DNA from: Candidatus Sumerlaeia bacterium
GTDB lineage: Bacteria; Sumerlaeota; Sumerlaeia; SLMS01
NCBI GenBank assembly: GCA_038208905.1
Contig: JBBQYG010000013.1
Location: 1 to 43,194 of the forward strand
Length of the DNA: 43,194 nt
Direction of reading: 5' to 3'
Below are positions 25,656 through 37,400 of this stretch, piece after piece. The notes beneath the pieces were generated by a model. It was not told where the DNA came from, did not search any database, and saw nothing but the letters and a program-made list of their open reading frames with translations. Positions within the stretch are counted from its first letter, which is position 1, and the number at the start of each line of letters is the position of its first letter. Both the position numbers and the translations under genes were made by a program.

Positions 25656-28361
25656 CTATTCCTTCGCCAACGACCTCAGCACCGTCTGCAGGATGCCCTT
25701 GTTCCGATAGTACTCGATTTCCACCGGCGTATCGATGCGGTTCAGTGTGGGGAAGGTTCCCTTGGTACCGTCCTCGCGGACGAACTCGACGGTGACCTTC
25801 TGGCCCGGTTGGAGGGTGTCGTCGAGGGCGATGGAGAAAGTCTCGCGTCCCGTGATGCCGAGGCCCGCGGCGGAGTCGCCAGCCTGAAACTGCAGGGGGA
25901 TGATTCCCATGCCGATCAGGTTGCTGCGGTGGATGCGCTCATAGCTCTCCGCGATGACGGCCTTGACGCCTTGGAGCGCGGGCCCTTTCGCGGCCCAGTC
26001 GCGCGAAGAGCCGGAACCGTATTCCTTCCCCGCGAGGATCACGAGCGGCGTACCCGCCTGTATATACCGCTGGGAGGCGTCGAAGAAGCTCATCTGTTCG
26101 CCGGTGGGGAGGTGGAGGGTGACGTTCCCTTCCACTCCTGGGACCAAGCCGTTCTTGATGCGGATGTTGGCAAAGGTGCCGCGCATCATGACGTGATGGT
26201 TGCCGCGTCGCGCGCCATAGCTGTTCCAGTCCTCGCGGTCGACGCCCTTGCTGACGAGGTAGTTGCCGGCCGGGGAATTCTTGGCGATCGAGCCAGCGGG
26301 TGAGATGTGGTCGGTGGTGACGGAGTCGCCGAAGACGCCGAGCACGCGGGCACCTTTGATGGAGCCGATGTGCATTTCGTCCAGGCTGAGTCCGTCGAAG
26401 AAGGGAGGCTTCTGAACGTAGGTCGATTCGGCGTCCCACTCGTACAATTCGCTGGTGGTGGTCTTCACGGCCTGCCACGCCTCGGAGCCTTTCCACACGT
26501 CGGCATAGCGCTCGATAAACTGCTCGCGCGAGACGGAATTGCGAACGGTCTCGGCGACTTCCTCCGTGGTAGGCCAGATGTCGCGAAGGTACACGGGCTG
26601 GCCATCGCTGCCGGTGCCGATGGGATCCTTCGTGATGTCGATGGCGGTGGAACCCGCTAGGGCGTAGGCCACCACGAGGGGTGGCGACGCGAGATAGTTC
26701 GTCCGCGTGAGGGGGTTCACGCGGCCCTCGAAATTGCGGTTACCGGAGAGCACCGCCGAGACCACCAGGTCACCGTCCCCGATAGCCTTGCCCACGGCGT
26801 CGGGAAGAGGCCCGGAGTTGCCGATACAGGTGGTGCAGCCGTAGCCGACCACGTTGAAGCCGATCTTCTCGAGATAGGGGAGCAGGCCGGACTTGCGGAG
26901 ATACTCCGTGACCACGGTGGAGCCCGGGGCGAGCGACGTCTTGACGTAATTCTTCACGGTAAGGCCGCGCTCGACAGCCTTCTTGGCGACGAGCCCCGCG
27001 CCAAGCATCACGGACGGGTTGCTGGTGTTGGTGCACGAAGTAATCGCCGCGATCACGACGGCCCCGTGGCCGATGGTCTCCTCGTGACCTTCACTGTGGA
27101 CGATGGAGGTGCGGGAAAGCTCCTCCTCCTTTAGTCCCATGCCCCGTGGCCCGACGGGCGCGGTGAGCATTGAACGATAGGTCGGTCCGACCTGGCTGAG
27201 GGGGACGCGATCATGGGGGCGCTTGGGGCCGGCCAGCGCGGGCTCCACGGTGGAGAGGTTGAGTTCCATCACGTCGGTGAACTCGGGCTCCGGCGCGCCG
27301 GGCGTGAGGAACATCCCCTGCTCCTTCGCATAGCGCTCAGTCAGGTCGATGTACTCCTCGGGGCGCCCCGTCAGGCGCATGTAGTCGAGCGTCTTCCGGT
27401 CGATGGGAAAGAAGCTGACGGTGCTCCCCTGCTCCGGCGCCATGTTGCCGATGGTGGCGCGGTCGGCGACGGACATGGTCTCTACACCCTCGCCGAAGAA
27501 TTCGATAAACTTGCCGACGACGCCCTTCTTGCGGCACATCTCGGTGATGCGAAGGACGAGGTCGGTTGCGGTGGTTCCCTCGGGAAGGCGACCGGTCAGC
27601 TTGAATCCTATCACGTCGGGCACGAGCATGTAGATCGGCTGGGCCAGCATCACGGCCTCGGCCTCGATGCCGCCCACGCCCCACGCCAGCACGCCAAGGC
27701 CGTTGACCATGGGGGTGTGGCTGTCGGTGCCGACGCAGGAGTCCGGATAAACCTCGTTCAGCTTCTTGTTCCAGAAAGTGACGGGGGAAAGGTGCTCCAG
27801 ATTCACCTGATGCACGATGCCCGTGGAGGGCGGCACCACGCGGAAGTTGTTGAACGCCGTCTGGCCCCACTTGAGGAACTGGTAACGCTCGCCGTTGCGC
27901 TCGAACTCGACTTTCTCGTTCTTGAAGAGCGAGTCGCTCGTTCCATAGTAGTCAACCTGCACCGAATGGTCGATCACGAGGTCGCAGGGAATCTGGGGGT
28001 TGATGCGGGAGGGGTCGCCGCCAAGACGCTTTACCGCGTCGCGCATTCCGGCAAGGTCCACGACGGCGGGAACGCCGGTGAAATCCTGCAGGACGACGCG
28101 GGCTGGCATGTAGGGCGTCTCCTCGCGGTTGGGATCGACGGCCTTCCAGCTCGCGAGCTTGCGGACGTGCTCCTCCGTGTAGGCGAAGTTGTCGAGATTG
28201 CGCAGCACAGACTCCAGCAGGATGCGGATGGACACCGGAAGGCGCGAGAGATCCCCCAGACCGCTGTTGGACAGCTTTGAAAGGGAGTAGTAGTTGGCCT
28301 TCTGACCGGAACCAAAGCTAAGGCTGCCAAGGGCTCCGAAAGCATTTACACGGGTGGCCAT
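25656..28361 (-). CDS. acnA: Aconitate hydratase A
   Basis: [81 protein letters not shown] 28361 with AGGAG upstream. Confidence 0.98.
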   Translation of the reverse strand: MATRVNAFGALGSLSFGSGQKANYYSLSKLSNSGLGDLSRLPVSIRILLESVLRNLDNFAYTEEHVRKLASWKAVDPNREETPYMPARVVLQDFTGVPAVVDLAGMRDAVKRLGGDPSRINPQIPCDLVIDHSVQVDYYGTSDSLFKNEKVEFERNGERYQFLKWGQTAFNNFRVVPPSTGIVHQVNLEHLSPVTFWNKKLNEVYPDSCVGTDSHTPMVNGLGVLAWGVGGIEAEAVMLAQPIYMLVPDVIGFKLTGRLPEGTTATDLVLRITEMCRKKGVVGKFIEFFGEGVETMSVADRATIGNMAPEQGSTVSFFPIDRKTLDYMRLTGRPEEYIDLTERYAKEQGMFLTPGAPEPEFTDVMELNLSTVEPALAGPKRPHDRVPLSQVGPTYRSMLTAPVGPRGMGLKEEELSRTSIVHSEGHEETIGHGAVVIAAITSCTNTSNPSVMLGAGLVAKKAVERGLTVKNYVKTSLAPGSTVVTEYLRKSGLLPYLEKIGFNVVGYGCTTCIGNSGPLPDAVGKAIGDGDLVVSAVLSGNRNFEGRVNPLTRTNYLASPPLVVAYALAGSTAIDITKDPIGTGSDGQPVYLRDIWPTTEEVAETVRNSVSREQFIERYADVWKGSEAWQAVKTTTSELYEWDAESTYVQKPPFFDGLSLDEMHIGSIKGARVLGVFGDSVTTDHISPAGSIAKNSPAGNYLVSKGVDREDWNSYGARRGNHHVMMRGTFANIRIKNGLVPGVEGNVTLHLPTGEQMSFFDASQRYIQAGTPLVILAGKEYGSGSSRDWAAKGPALQGVKAVIAESYERIHRSNLIGMGIIPLQFQAGDSAAGLGITGRETFSIALDDTLQPGQKVTVEFVREDGTKGTFPTLNRIDTPVEIEYYRNKGILQTVLRSLAKE

Positions 28362-28514
28362 CGCGGGGTAGTCTCCTGTTTGACGAGTCGTTGCGGCGGT
28401 TGCCGCGCGGCAAGGAGCCTTGGCCACCACGGAGCGGGTGGGCAAAGGAGAAATTCGGCGCTGTCGATGGCCTCGATTTCGCTCCCCGCTATTGTGGACC
28501 GGAGGACTGACGAC

Positions 28515-29045
28515 GTGAACCTCGAAGGACTAACGACCAAGGACTTGATTGTCCGGAGCTTGGGCTTTGGATTCTGCATCTTCATCGCCGTCGTGGTCCT
28601 TGCGCGCGTCACCGGGATCACGGCACCGCCCGGGAGCGACGTTGGGAGCGTTGCGCCATCGATATCGGGCCGGACTGCGAGCGGGGTAGAGATTTCGGAG
28701 TACGATTTCTCCGGCAAGGTGGTGGTCGTCGATTTCTGGGCGACCTGGTGCGGGCCGTGTCGGGAGAAGATTCCCGAGATGATTGCGCTTCACGGGGAGT
28801 ATGCGGATCAGGACGTGCAATTCGTTGGGATCAGCGGTGATCGCGATTCGCAGACGCTGGCAGACTACGAGTCGGCCAACGGGATCACGTTCCCGACCAT
28901 TTTCTCCGGCGCGGACCGCCTCCTCAGCGAGTTCGAAATCCGGGGATTCCCGACAGTGGTGGTCATTGATCGGGCGGGGCGGGTTGTCTATCGCCAGCAC
29001 CACGGTGACGTTCGCGCCGCCATCGAAGAGGCGTTGAAGAGCTAA
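28515..29045 (+). CDS. Membrane-anchored TlpA/ResA-family thiol:disulfide oxidoreductase
   Basis: N-terminal [33 protein letters not shown] 28515 preceded by GGAGG. Confidence 0.92.
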   Translation: MNLEGLTTKDLIVRSLGFGFCIFIAVVVLARVTGITAPPGSDVGSVAPSISGRTASGVEISEYDFSGKVVVVDFWATWCGPCREKIPEMIALHGEYADQDVQFVGISGDRDSQTLADYESANGITFPTIFSGADRLLSEFEIRGFPTVVVIDRAGRVVYRQHHGDVRAAIEEALKS

Positions 29046-29084
29046 GCTTGCGCCGGGAGCGTGTCCTCCTCCCCTTCTCTCGAC

Positions 29085-30239
29085 ATGAGAAGGCGTGTCT
29101 ACATCGCAGCGATGGGAGTCGTCGGGCCGTGGGGGCGCGGAATCGCCGCTCAGGAGAAGGGCCTCATTGAAGGGTGCGTGGCTATTGCTCCGGAGCACTT
29201 CGATGGCCTTGGCACCCTCCCTGTCGCGCGCTGCCGGAACATAGATTCAATCCCCGGGGAAGATCGCACGATCACGCTGCTGCGCACTGCCGCCGACGAG
29301 GTCGCACACGCGATGCGGCGGCTCTCCGAGCGCACACCGCCAGAATGCCGGGGCGTCGCCGCCGCCACCAGCAAGGGATCGATTCTGCTCTGCGTCGAGG
29401 ATCGCGCACACATCGATCGGCACTTCTTGGATTTTCCCGCAGACCTGCCCGCGCGAGTACTCGCGAGGCGATTCGATCTTAGGGGCCCGTCGCAGGCCCT
29501 CGTGAGCGCCTGCGCCACGGGACTTCACAATATCACGCGAGCAGCGGAGTGGATAGCGGATGGGCGGGCGGACTTCGCCATTGCAGGGAGTTCTGAGGCG
29601 GCCTTGACGCCGCTCTACCTCGCCAGCTTTCGCAATCTGGGCGCGATGTCTGCGAAGGGATGCTTCCCCTTCGATGCGCGGCATGATGGGTTTGTTGCGG
29701 GCGAGGGAGCGGCGCTTTTTGTGCTCGCCACTGAGGATGCATGCCTTCGCGCGGGCATCGAGCCGTTGGCGGAATTGCGAGGCTGGGCCTCCGCCAGCGA
29801 GGCTCACCACTGGACCAGCACGAAGCCCGATGGAAAGCACGTTGCTTCGCTCGCGCGTCGCGCGATGCGCGATGCCGGCGTCGTTGCGGGCGATATTGAC
29901 CTAGTCTCTCTCCACGGCACCGGGACACCGCTGAACGACGAGGCGGAGTCGCGCGCATTGGCGGATCTCTTCGCGGGATGTCCCATGCCGCCGGCCTTTG
30001 GGGTGAAGGGCGCCATCGGTCACCTGATGGGCGCGGCGGGGAGCGTCGAGCTGGCGTGCAGCGTCATCGCGCTTCGCGGACAGTTTGCGCCGGGAACGCC
30101 GGGCATGGAGACCGCCGCGCCAAATTGCGGCAGCGCGCACCTCTTGAAATCCGCGGAACGCCATCGCATCGAATGCGTGTTGAAGTGGAACATGGGATTT
30201 GGCGGGCATCTGGCGGGATGCGTGATTGCGCGGCCATAG
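29085..30239 (+). CDS. FabF-like beta-ketoacyl-ACP synthase family protein (divergent)
   Basis: SACATG (Cys), PFD..HDGFVAGEGAA, HGTGTPLND, KGAIGHLMGAAG, NMGFGG. Confidence 0.9.
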   Translation: MRRRVYIAAMGVVGPWGRGIAAQEKGLIEGCVAIAPEHFDGLGTLPVARCRNIDSIPGEDRTITLLRTAADEVAHAMRRLSERTPPECRGVAAATSKGSILLCVEDRAHIDRHFLDFPADLPARVLARRFDLRGPSQALVSACATGLHNITRAAEWIADGRADFAIAGSSEAALTPLYLASFRNLGAMSAKGCFPFDARHDGFVAGEGAALFVLATEDACLRAGIEPLAELRGWASASEAHHWTSTKPDGKHVASLARRAMRDAGVVAGDIDLVSLHGTGTPLNDEAESRALADLFAGCPMPPAFGVKGAIGHLMGAAGSVELACSVIALRGQFAPGTPGMETAAPNCGSAHLLKSAERHRIECVLKWNMGFGGHLAGCVIARP

Positions 30240-30284
30240 CGGTTGGCGATTGCACTTCGAGAGGGAGGCAGGCACTCCTCTGGC

Positions 30285-31457
30285 ATGAGCGGGACGAATC
30301 CTGAGAGCGGCGATCTGGGCATCTACATTCACGTGCCCTTTTGCAAGCACGCTTGCCCGTACTGTGATTTCTACAAGATCGAGCTCCGTGACCGCCCGGC
30401 GCGCGCGCGGCTGGAATTTCCGGCGATGCTTGCGATGGAGTTACGGCTCCTGATGGCGGAGTATCCCGACCTCCCGGCTCGGCCGCTCTCCACGATCTAC
30501 TTTGGCGGAGGCACACCGAGCACGCTGGTGCCTGAGACAGTCGGCGACCTGGTAGCGGAGCTGAAGGGTGCATTTGTCAGCGCGGATACGGAAATCACTC
30601 TCGAGGCGAACCCCGAAAACCTCACCCCTGAGCGTTGCGCAAAATGGCGCGCAGCGGGAGTCACGCGACTAAGTATTGGCGTGCAGAGCTTTGCCGAACG
30701 CGATCTCAAGCAGTTGGAGCGCCTGCACGACGCGACGGCAATTCGACGGGCGATTGCCAACGCTCGCGCGGCGGGATTCGGAAACATCTCCATCGATCTG
30801 ATGTTCGCTCTGCCGGGACAAAGCCAGCTCGATTGGGAGAGCAACTTGACGCAGGCGCTGGACCTCGCGCCGGATCACATAAGCTTCTATGGCCTCACCT
30901 ATCACGAGGACACTCCCTTCGAAAAGTGGAGGGCCGAGCGGCGTATTGCGGAGATCGACGAGGATTCCCAGGCCGACATGTATCTGGCGGGAGCGGCGCT
31001 GCTGGAGCGGGAGGGATTCGATCACTACGAAATCAGCAACTTCGCGCGGCCTGGATTCCGTTCAAGGCACAACCAGCGCTACTGGAGCCGGGCCGACGTG
31101 ATCGCGCTGGGGCCCTCCGCCCATAGCAATCTCGGGGCGCTCCGCTGGCATAATCCGCCCGACATCGACCAGTGGGGTCAGGCGCTTGCGCTTGGTCGCC
31201 TCCCCCGCGTGCCGACGGAGACACTGGACGACCGCGCGCGGATGGAGGAACGCCTCTTCACGGGCCTGCGCCGACGCGATGGCTTTGGCGCGAAGGACGA
31301 TGCGGATCTCTACCAAGCGCTTAGCTCATGGATACTGGAGCACCGCGCCGTGGAGCAGGGATGGGTGGAGCTCTCGGAAGACCGCGTCTCGCTGCGGCCG
31401 GAAGGATGGCTGATCTGTGACGCAATCATCGCGAGCGTGCTGAAATCGCCTGTATAG
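30285..31457 (+). CDS. hemW: Radical SAM heme chaperone HemW (HemN-like)
   Basis: YIHVPFCKHACPYCDF (CX3CX2C), YFGGGTPS, EITLEANP, RLSIGVQSF, YEISNFA, HNQRYW; lacks the long HemN N-terminus. Confidence 0.9.
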   Translation: MSGTNPESGDLGIYIHVPFCKHACPYCDFYKIELRDRPARARLEFPAMLAMELRLLMAEYPDLPARPLSTIYFGGGTPSTLVPETVGDLVAELKGAFVSADTEITLEANPENLTPERCAKWRAAGVTRLSIGVQSFAERDLKQLERLHDATAIRRAIANARAAGFGNISIDLMFALPGQSQLDWESNLTQALDLAPDHISFYGLTYHEDTPFEKWRAERRIAEIDEDSQADMYLAGAALLEREGFDHYEISNFARPGFRSRHNQRYWSRADVIALGPSAHSNLGALRWHNPPDIDQWGQALALGRLPRVPTETLDDRARMEERLFTGLRRRDGFGAKDDADLYQALSSWILEHRAVEQGWVELSEDRVSLRPEGWLICDAIIASVLKSPV

Positions 31458-31493
31458 ACGCGGCGGAGGAGGAGTAACTCTCCCCCGCCGCGT
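31458..31493. terminator. GC-rich hairpin between convergent hemW and glycoside hydrolase genes
   Basis: ACGCGGCGG (31458-31466) pairs perfectly with CCGCCGCGT (31485-31493), with an imperfect inner stem (GGAGGAG/CTCTCC). No U-tract, so the terminator role is inferred from position. Confidence 0.55.
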
Positions 31494-31498
31494 GGCGG

Positions 31499-34400
31499 TC
31501 ACGGATCCCGTATATCTCCGGCATCGACCAAACTATCGCCATTCCGATCAAACGTGGCATTACTGGCGATCCTGCCGGTCAGGGCGTCGATAATCTGACG
31601 CGCCGTGGCGCCGGTGGTCGTCGGCGTCACGGTGACAGGCGAGGTGGCACTGGCCGTTGGGGGTTGGGCGGTGGCCGAGGGCCCGGTGGTGGATGATGGC
31701 TGGGGGGTGGATGAGGCCGTGGGCGTGGCAGTATCTGTCGGCGAGGGGGACGTGGTGAGAGTCGTGCCCGTCGGGCTCGCCGTCGCGCTCTCGGTTGGCT
31801 CCGGTGTCGAGGTGGCTGTGGCGCTTGGCGTGGCAGTCCCGGTGATCGTTGCGCTCGGGGTCGCCGATGATGTGGGAGATTCAGTGGGCGGTAGGGTCGC
31901 AGTGGCGGAGCTGCTTGGCGATGGTGAAGCAGTAGGCGAAGCCGTCGCCGAGATCGACGCCGTTGCGGTAGCGCTCGCGGTGACAATCGGAGTGGCCGAC
32001 GGGCTCGGCGAAGAGATGGCGCCGCTGCCGTTTACGTCGAGCGTGATCGAGAATCCGAATGTGCCTGTGCCCGAGACCTCGACCTGATGGGTCTTGGCGA
32101 GATTTCGAGGGGTGTTGGTGGTGCCGTCTCCCGCCGCGGGATTGAATTGGGCGGTACCGAATTCCACGGCGACCGCGGCGTTGGTTGTGGTGTTGCGAAG
32201 CTCCGCGCGCGTGGCATCGGAGGTGAAGCTCAGCGCAGACTGGCCAGTCTCCAGCACGTTGAGAAGATCGCCCACCAGCCCGTTGCGTATATACAGCCTC
32301 CCGCGGTCCGGGTTCAGCTGATAGTTTACATGCAGGGCTGCCGAACCATCCCTTAGGACCACCGTCCGGCTGATCTTACCGTCGCCCGAAGCAAAAGAAA
32401 CCGTCGATCCGCCAGGTCCGCCGCCCGGAAGCGCATCATCAATGAACACGGTCCGGACATCGTTTACGTACTGGCTTGTCTGAGCGGTCTCAGCCCAGCG
32501 GTCGTGCAGGATCGAGATCCTGCGCGCTCCGACATCTGCGTCCGTCTCCCACTCGTCATCCCGGTCGGGGAAGCCAACTAGATTCCCACCAAGGACGGCT
32601 ACTTGACCCGTGGATGGATTGCGTCCCACCAGGAGTATCAGTCGCCCGCCGTCATTCTCGAAGACGGCAAAGACCCTGTCGTTGAAAAGTAGAAATTCCA
32701 TCTCGCTGTCGTGGTCGATGTCCGACATCATCGAGACGGAGACAGCGGCTGGGCTCGATGATGCCCACTGAGCTGCCCGAGTCAGCAGCCCCACCTTGCG
32801 CAGGTTGTGGAACTGCTGGTCCTTGGCAAACTGTGCGATGGCGTCGGGGCCATTGTCCGTGCGGCAGTTGTACGTGCCATCGGGGCACCGCTCCGCGTCG
32901 GTCTCGTCGTGCCATGCGGTCTCAAACGTTGCCGTGCTATATCCGATGCGGGCGAGCCTGCGCAGCGGGTTGTCGATTCCCGGACCATAGACCGAATCGA
33001 AGACATCCTGAGCGATCGTTCCCGGCCCGCTGGTGGTTTGGCGTCCAGCTGTCGCCGCATAGGTTGTCAACGCACCGAAGGGCTTCGTCCCTCGCGAGTT
33101 GAGATCCTGCCGAATCCAAGGGGCGAACCCGTCGAAATCCTCCTCGATGGAGTTGCCGTGATACCAGTTCTGATAGTTCCCCTGGGTGGCGAAGTTGAGG
33201 AAGTCGTATGACTCGAACGGAAGATCGATGTTGTCCCCGCGATCGATGGGCGTCCAGCCGCGACTCGCCACGTCCTCCAGCGTCACGATCTCGATCCATG
33301 GCTTGTTGGCAAGCCAGCGGATGTTGGTGTTGAAGTTGTCGGGATTGTCGGTCCCTTGATTGAAGCTGAGGAACGAGCGCCCCGCATAGGCCTCCCAGTC
33401 GTCGAAGACAAGGAGGACCTGCTCTTGATCGCCGGAACGGGCGAGGTCAATCAGCGTGCGCCGTGTGTCGAACCACAGGCCGCCATCGCTATTGGCAAAC
33501 TTGAATCTGTCGGCGTCGTCGTTGATCATGAACGCGCCAACCCCGTTGATGCGGTTTATCTTGTACTTGCCCGCCTGCTCGGCGGCGGCGCCATACCACT
33601 TTCTCAAGTGATCGATCTGATCGAGAATCGTGAACCGATAACCGGTGGCGACGAGATCGGCGAAGGTGCGCCCGCGAGCAACGCGCTCGGGAATCCAGAA
33701 GAGCGCGCTATCGGTGGGCGGGCCGATTCCCAGAACAGACTGGAGATAGTCGTCGTTCAGCGCGATGGAGTCCTGGTTCATCGTGCCTTCGAAGAATGGC
33801 ATGATGTGCTCGGAGTAAACGCCCCAAATGACGGCGCCCTCTCCGTTGGTGGAATCGCCGTCGAGGAAGTCGGCGATCTCCCTAACGAAGGAGGGCCCAT
33901 CATCGGGCGCATCCGGGTCGGCCTTGGCGGCCCACATGGCGGATGAAAGGAGAGTCGCGCTGACGTGGATGTTCGGCGCGGCGCCAAAGATACGCGCCGA
34001 TTCAAGGGCCCGGCGGTATCCCGTTGGGTTGCCGCCGGGTGTGGTTACGGTGGTGTTGTGGACCAATTGCTGAATATAGTCCGCCGGGCTGATCGCCTGA
34101 TTCCCGTGCAGGACATAAGCGAACTTTGCCGTGGGGCAGGAGGATGTACTCGCGATCGACCCCGAATCGGGAAGTCGATCAGCGAGCGCCGGATTGAAGT
34201 CGCGGGTTGTGCCGATCTGGAAGTTGATCGACGACACGCCATCCCAGCCGTTCTCGGTCAACAGGGCGCGGTCGATGCCCAACTCCACCGCGTCGAGGTC
34301 GGAGCGATAGTAAGCGCCGCGAAACCGCAGAGCGTTGGAATCCTGACTGGAAAGCACGTTGCCATTCGCGGCGCGGATGTTCCAGAACTGGCCACTGTAA

Positions 34401-37400
34401 AGCGCCAGCGAAAGGTCCCATTGCTCGGCGACGGCGCCATTGACGCCATCGGGCCAGGCCGTCGCGCCAACGGTTGGGGTGCCGAAGTCCATGAGCACAT
34501 AGAGGTCGAGCACGCTGTTCTCCGCCTCTAGGAAGAGATCGAAGAAATCGGCGCGCATGTAGAAGGTTCCCGCCTCATCGTCGTCAAAGCTCGAGAACGA
34601 AACGAGATCGCGGGCGTTCTCTCCCCCGCCGAGATTCACGGAGTCGCCGTAGGCGTCGATCGCGCGGCAATCGCCATACTCCCAGTCCTGAAGCTCCTCG
34701 AAAAAGACCTGGCCAGCCGTCTCCCCGATCTGATCTCCGGGGCCGATGGTGATGCGCCGGGAGGCCGGCGGCGGGGTGACTGTTGGAGTTGCGGAAGGCG
34801 GCGGCGTGGTGGGAGCGGTGGTTGAGGCAGGCGTGGTCGTCGTCGGGGGCGGAGTGGTCGCCGTCAGCGACGGAGTCGGCGATGCGGCCGTACAGAGCGA
34901 GACTCCGGTAACGACCTCAACGAACTCGGTGCCGTCGATGTTGCCGTTCCCGTTCTGCGTCGGCGGCGACTGAATCTGGAGAGCGCCTGCGTCGTTTGTA
35001 CCATAGATTCCGAGCGCAACGAAGGCGGACCCTGTCCCAACGAGGTTCTTGCGGATGGCGCCCTCTACGAACACGCCATTGCGTGCGTGGACGTAGCTGG
35101 CCGCGGAATCGGCGAGCTGGTTCTGGGTTGCGCCGTACCAGCTCGAGAAGTTGCCGCCGTTGCCTTCCACCGCGAGGAAGTGGCTCCACGTGCCGACCTG
35201 TCCCGCCTTGGCCCAGTTTACGTTGATGAGCGTAGTTGGATCGGGAGACAGATAGACAAAGTGGTCGTTGGGGAGTGATCCATTGGCGGCGATGTAAAGC
35301 CATCCGTTGGCCTCGGCAACGTATAGACGTCCTGTTCCATCCACATCGCACGCGTTGGAATCAAGCGTGCCGTCCATAGCGAAGGGATTGGCGTCGGGGG
35401 CGACGGTGGGCGTCGCAACGGGATCGCCCGTGGTGACGAATGTCCAGTCGCCACCGCCGTTGTTGTCCCACTGGCCAGCGTTCCCGGTGCCTGCGGTGGT
35501 GAAGACCATCTTGAGGTCCAATGCGTCGGGATCGACGGTGAAGGTGTGGGTCCACTTGTCCCCGCTCAGGATCATCGCGGGGCGCGGGGTCTGGGCGCCT
35601 CCGACCCAGTTGTTCTTGCCAAGGTGGATATGCACCTCGGGGGAACTGGCGAGGGGACGTCCGGCGGGATCGTAGGTGATTGCCACCTGCTCGCCGCGCA
35701 CGGGGGGGTTGGGCTCCGCGACAACGACCGTGCCGCCTCCTCCACCAGTGGAACCCGATCCATCGCCGATATAGACGTGCTGGATGTCGGACTTGGTGAC
35801 GTTGCCGGTGCTGTCGGTCGCCTCGACATAGTAGTCGATCAGTACACTGCGCAGGCCGGTGATCGGGGCGGAATAGTGCCGCGCGATGTGGTTTGGAAGG
35901 ATGAAGTAGTCCAACCCGCCCTTGCCATAGATGTTCGTCATCGGGAACTCCCGCCCGGCCATGGGAAGGCTCACCCAGCTCCCAACTTCGGCGCCGCCGG
36001 CGAACGTCTCGTTTTGGTTGGTGGAGAGCGGATTGGCGCCGTCGGCGTCTATACGGTACTTCAGCACCGCATCGACGGGACCAGCGGTGTCGGAGACGAA
36101 AGTCCAGATGTGGAAATCGCCGTTGTTGATATACTGGCGCCCTGGATAGAGCGTCGCGTTGCCGGCATAGGCGACGCCGAAGTTAAGGCTGCCGGGATTC
36201 CAGGGAAAGCGCTGGGGCACCCATACCGTCGGCTTGGTCGCATCGGCGGAGCCACCGGCAATGATCGGATCGACAAGGCGCGCGACTTCGTTGGCGCCGA
36301 GCGTTCCCTTGATCTCGAAATCTTCGACGGTGCCATAGTACACGTTGCCAGAATCGAACGAGGCCAGGTGGTAGTGCCACGCGCGGTCGATGGGATGCGT
36401 TCCCGCGTCGGGCGTCATGATCTTAGCCATGTTGCGCGTATATGCGGGGGTAACCTTTTCCGCCGCCAGGATGCGCTGCTCCGCGGCGACGAAGATCGCC
36501 ATCTCGCGTACCTTCTCGTGCCATCCATTGACGGGGTCGTGGTTGCCGCTGGCATCAAGCAGGGGATAGTTCCAGTTGATGAAACTCGGCGATCCGAAGT
36601 CGCCATCGGCGTTCACCCACGCCCCATCCTCCACGTGGATAACCTTCGCCGCACTGGGCGGAAAATCGTGGAGATACTGCTGGATCGACGTCACCCCGTT
36701 GCCGAGCGCGTTCGCGGAGTTGGCGAGCGCGGAGACGTTCTCCATGTAATAGCTGAACCCGCCGGCATAGGCGTTGTCGCCGTCGTGGGACATGAGCACC
36801 AGCGAGGGTTGGGCGGGATTGTTTCGCGCCTCCAGCCGTTGCAGGAAGTTGGTGCCGATGGGGCCGTATCCTTCGAGCCATCCCGTCGCCTGATCCGCCG
36901 GGACGGCGATGAGGAAATCCTCCACGCCCGTTTCGGGATTCACGCGCTTCATGTAGGACGGCTGATAGGAGAGCGGATTCGCGTTCACTGGCGAGCAGCC
37001 GCGCTGGATCGTCTCGCGGATGAACTCGACGCCCGCGGGATTGATCTGGTCCGCGGAGTTGGGCGGGTCGCAACCGACGCCACCGCTGCCGAGAACGACC
37101 GGGAAGTCCGGGCAAGCGCGCGCGATGTGCTCGCCGCTGACGATGCTCCACTCGATGCCGAGGTCCTTGAGGATCGGGATCAGGCGAGTCGAGAAGGCCA
37201 TCTCCGTGGGAAAAAAGCCCTTGCTGATGGAGTCGGCGCCGAACTCGCGCTTGAGGATCTCCTGCTGGAGGCGGATCGACATGCTGCTGGTCTCGGCGGG
37301 AAGCAGCGCCAGAAGGCCGTGGTGCGCGGAGAAGTTGGTGAACTCCAGCCGCTTGTAGCCGCTGGCCGTCGTCCAGTCGTTTGCCTGGTTCAGGGCACCG

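Noticed and set aside
31600-32020. Repetitive-looking DNA as a CRISPR array or VNTR
   Set aside because: No constant repeat unit or spacer periodicity; fully explained by the Thr/Pro/Ser/Ala linker.
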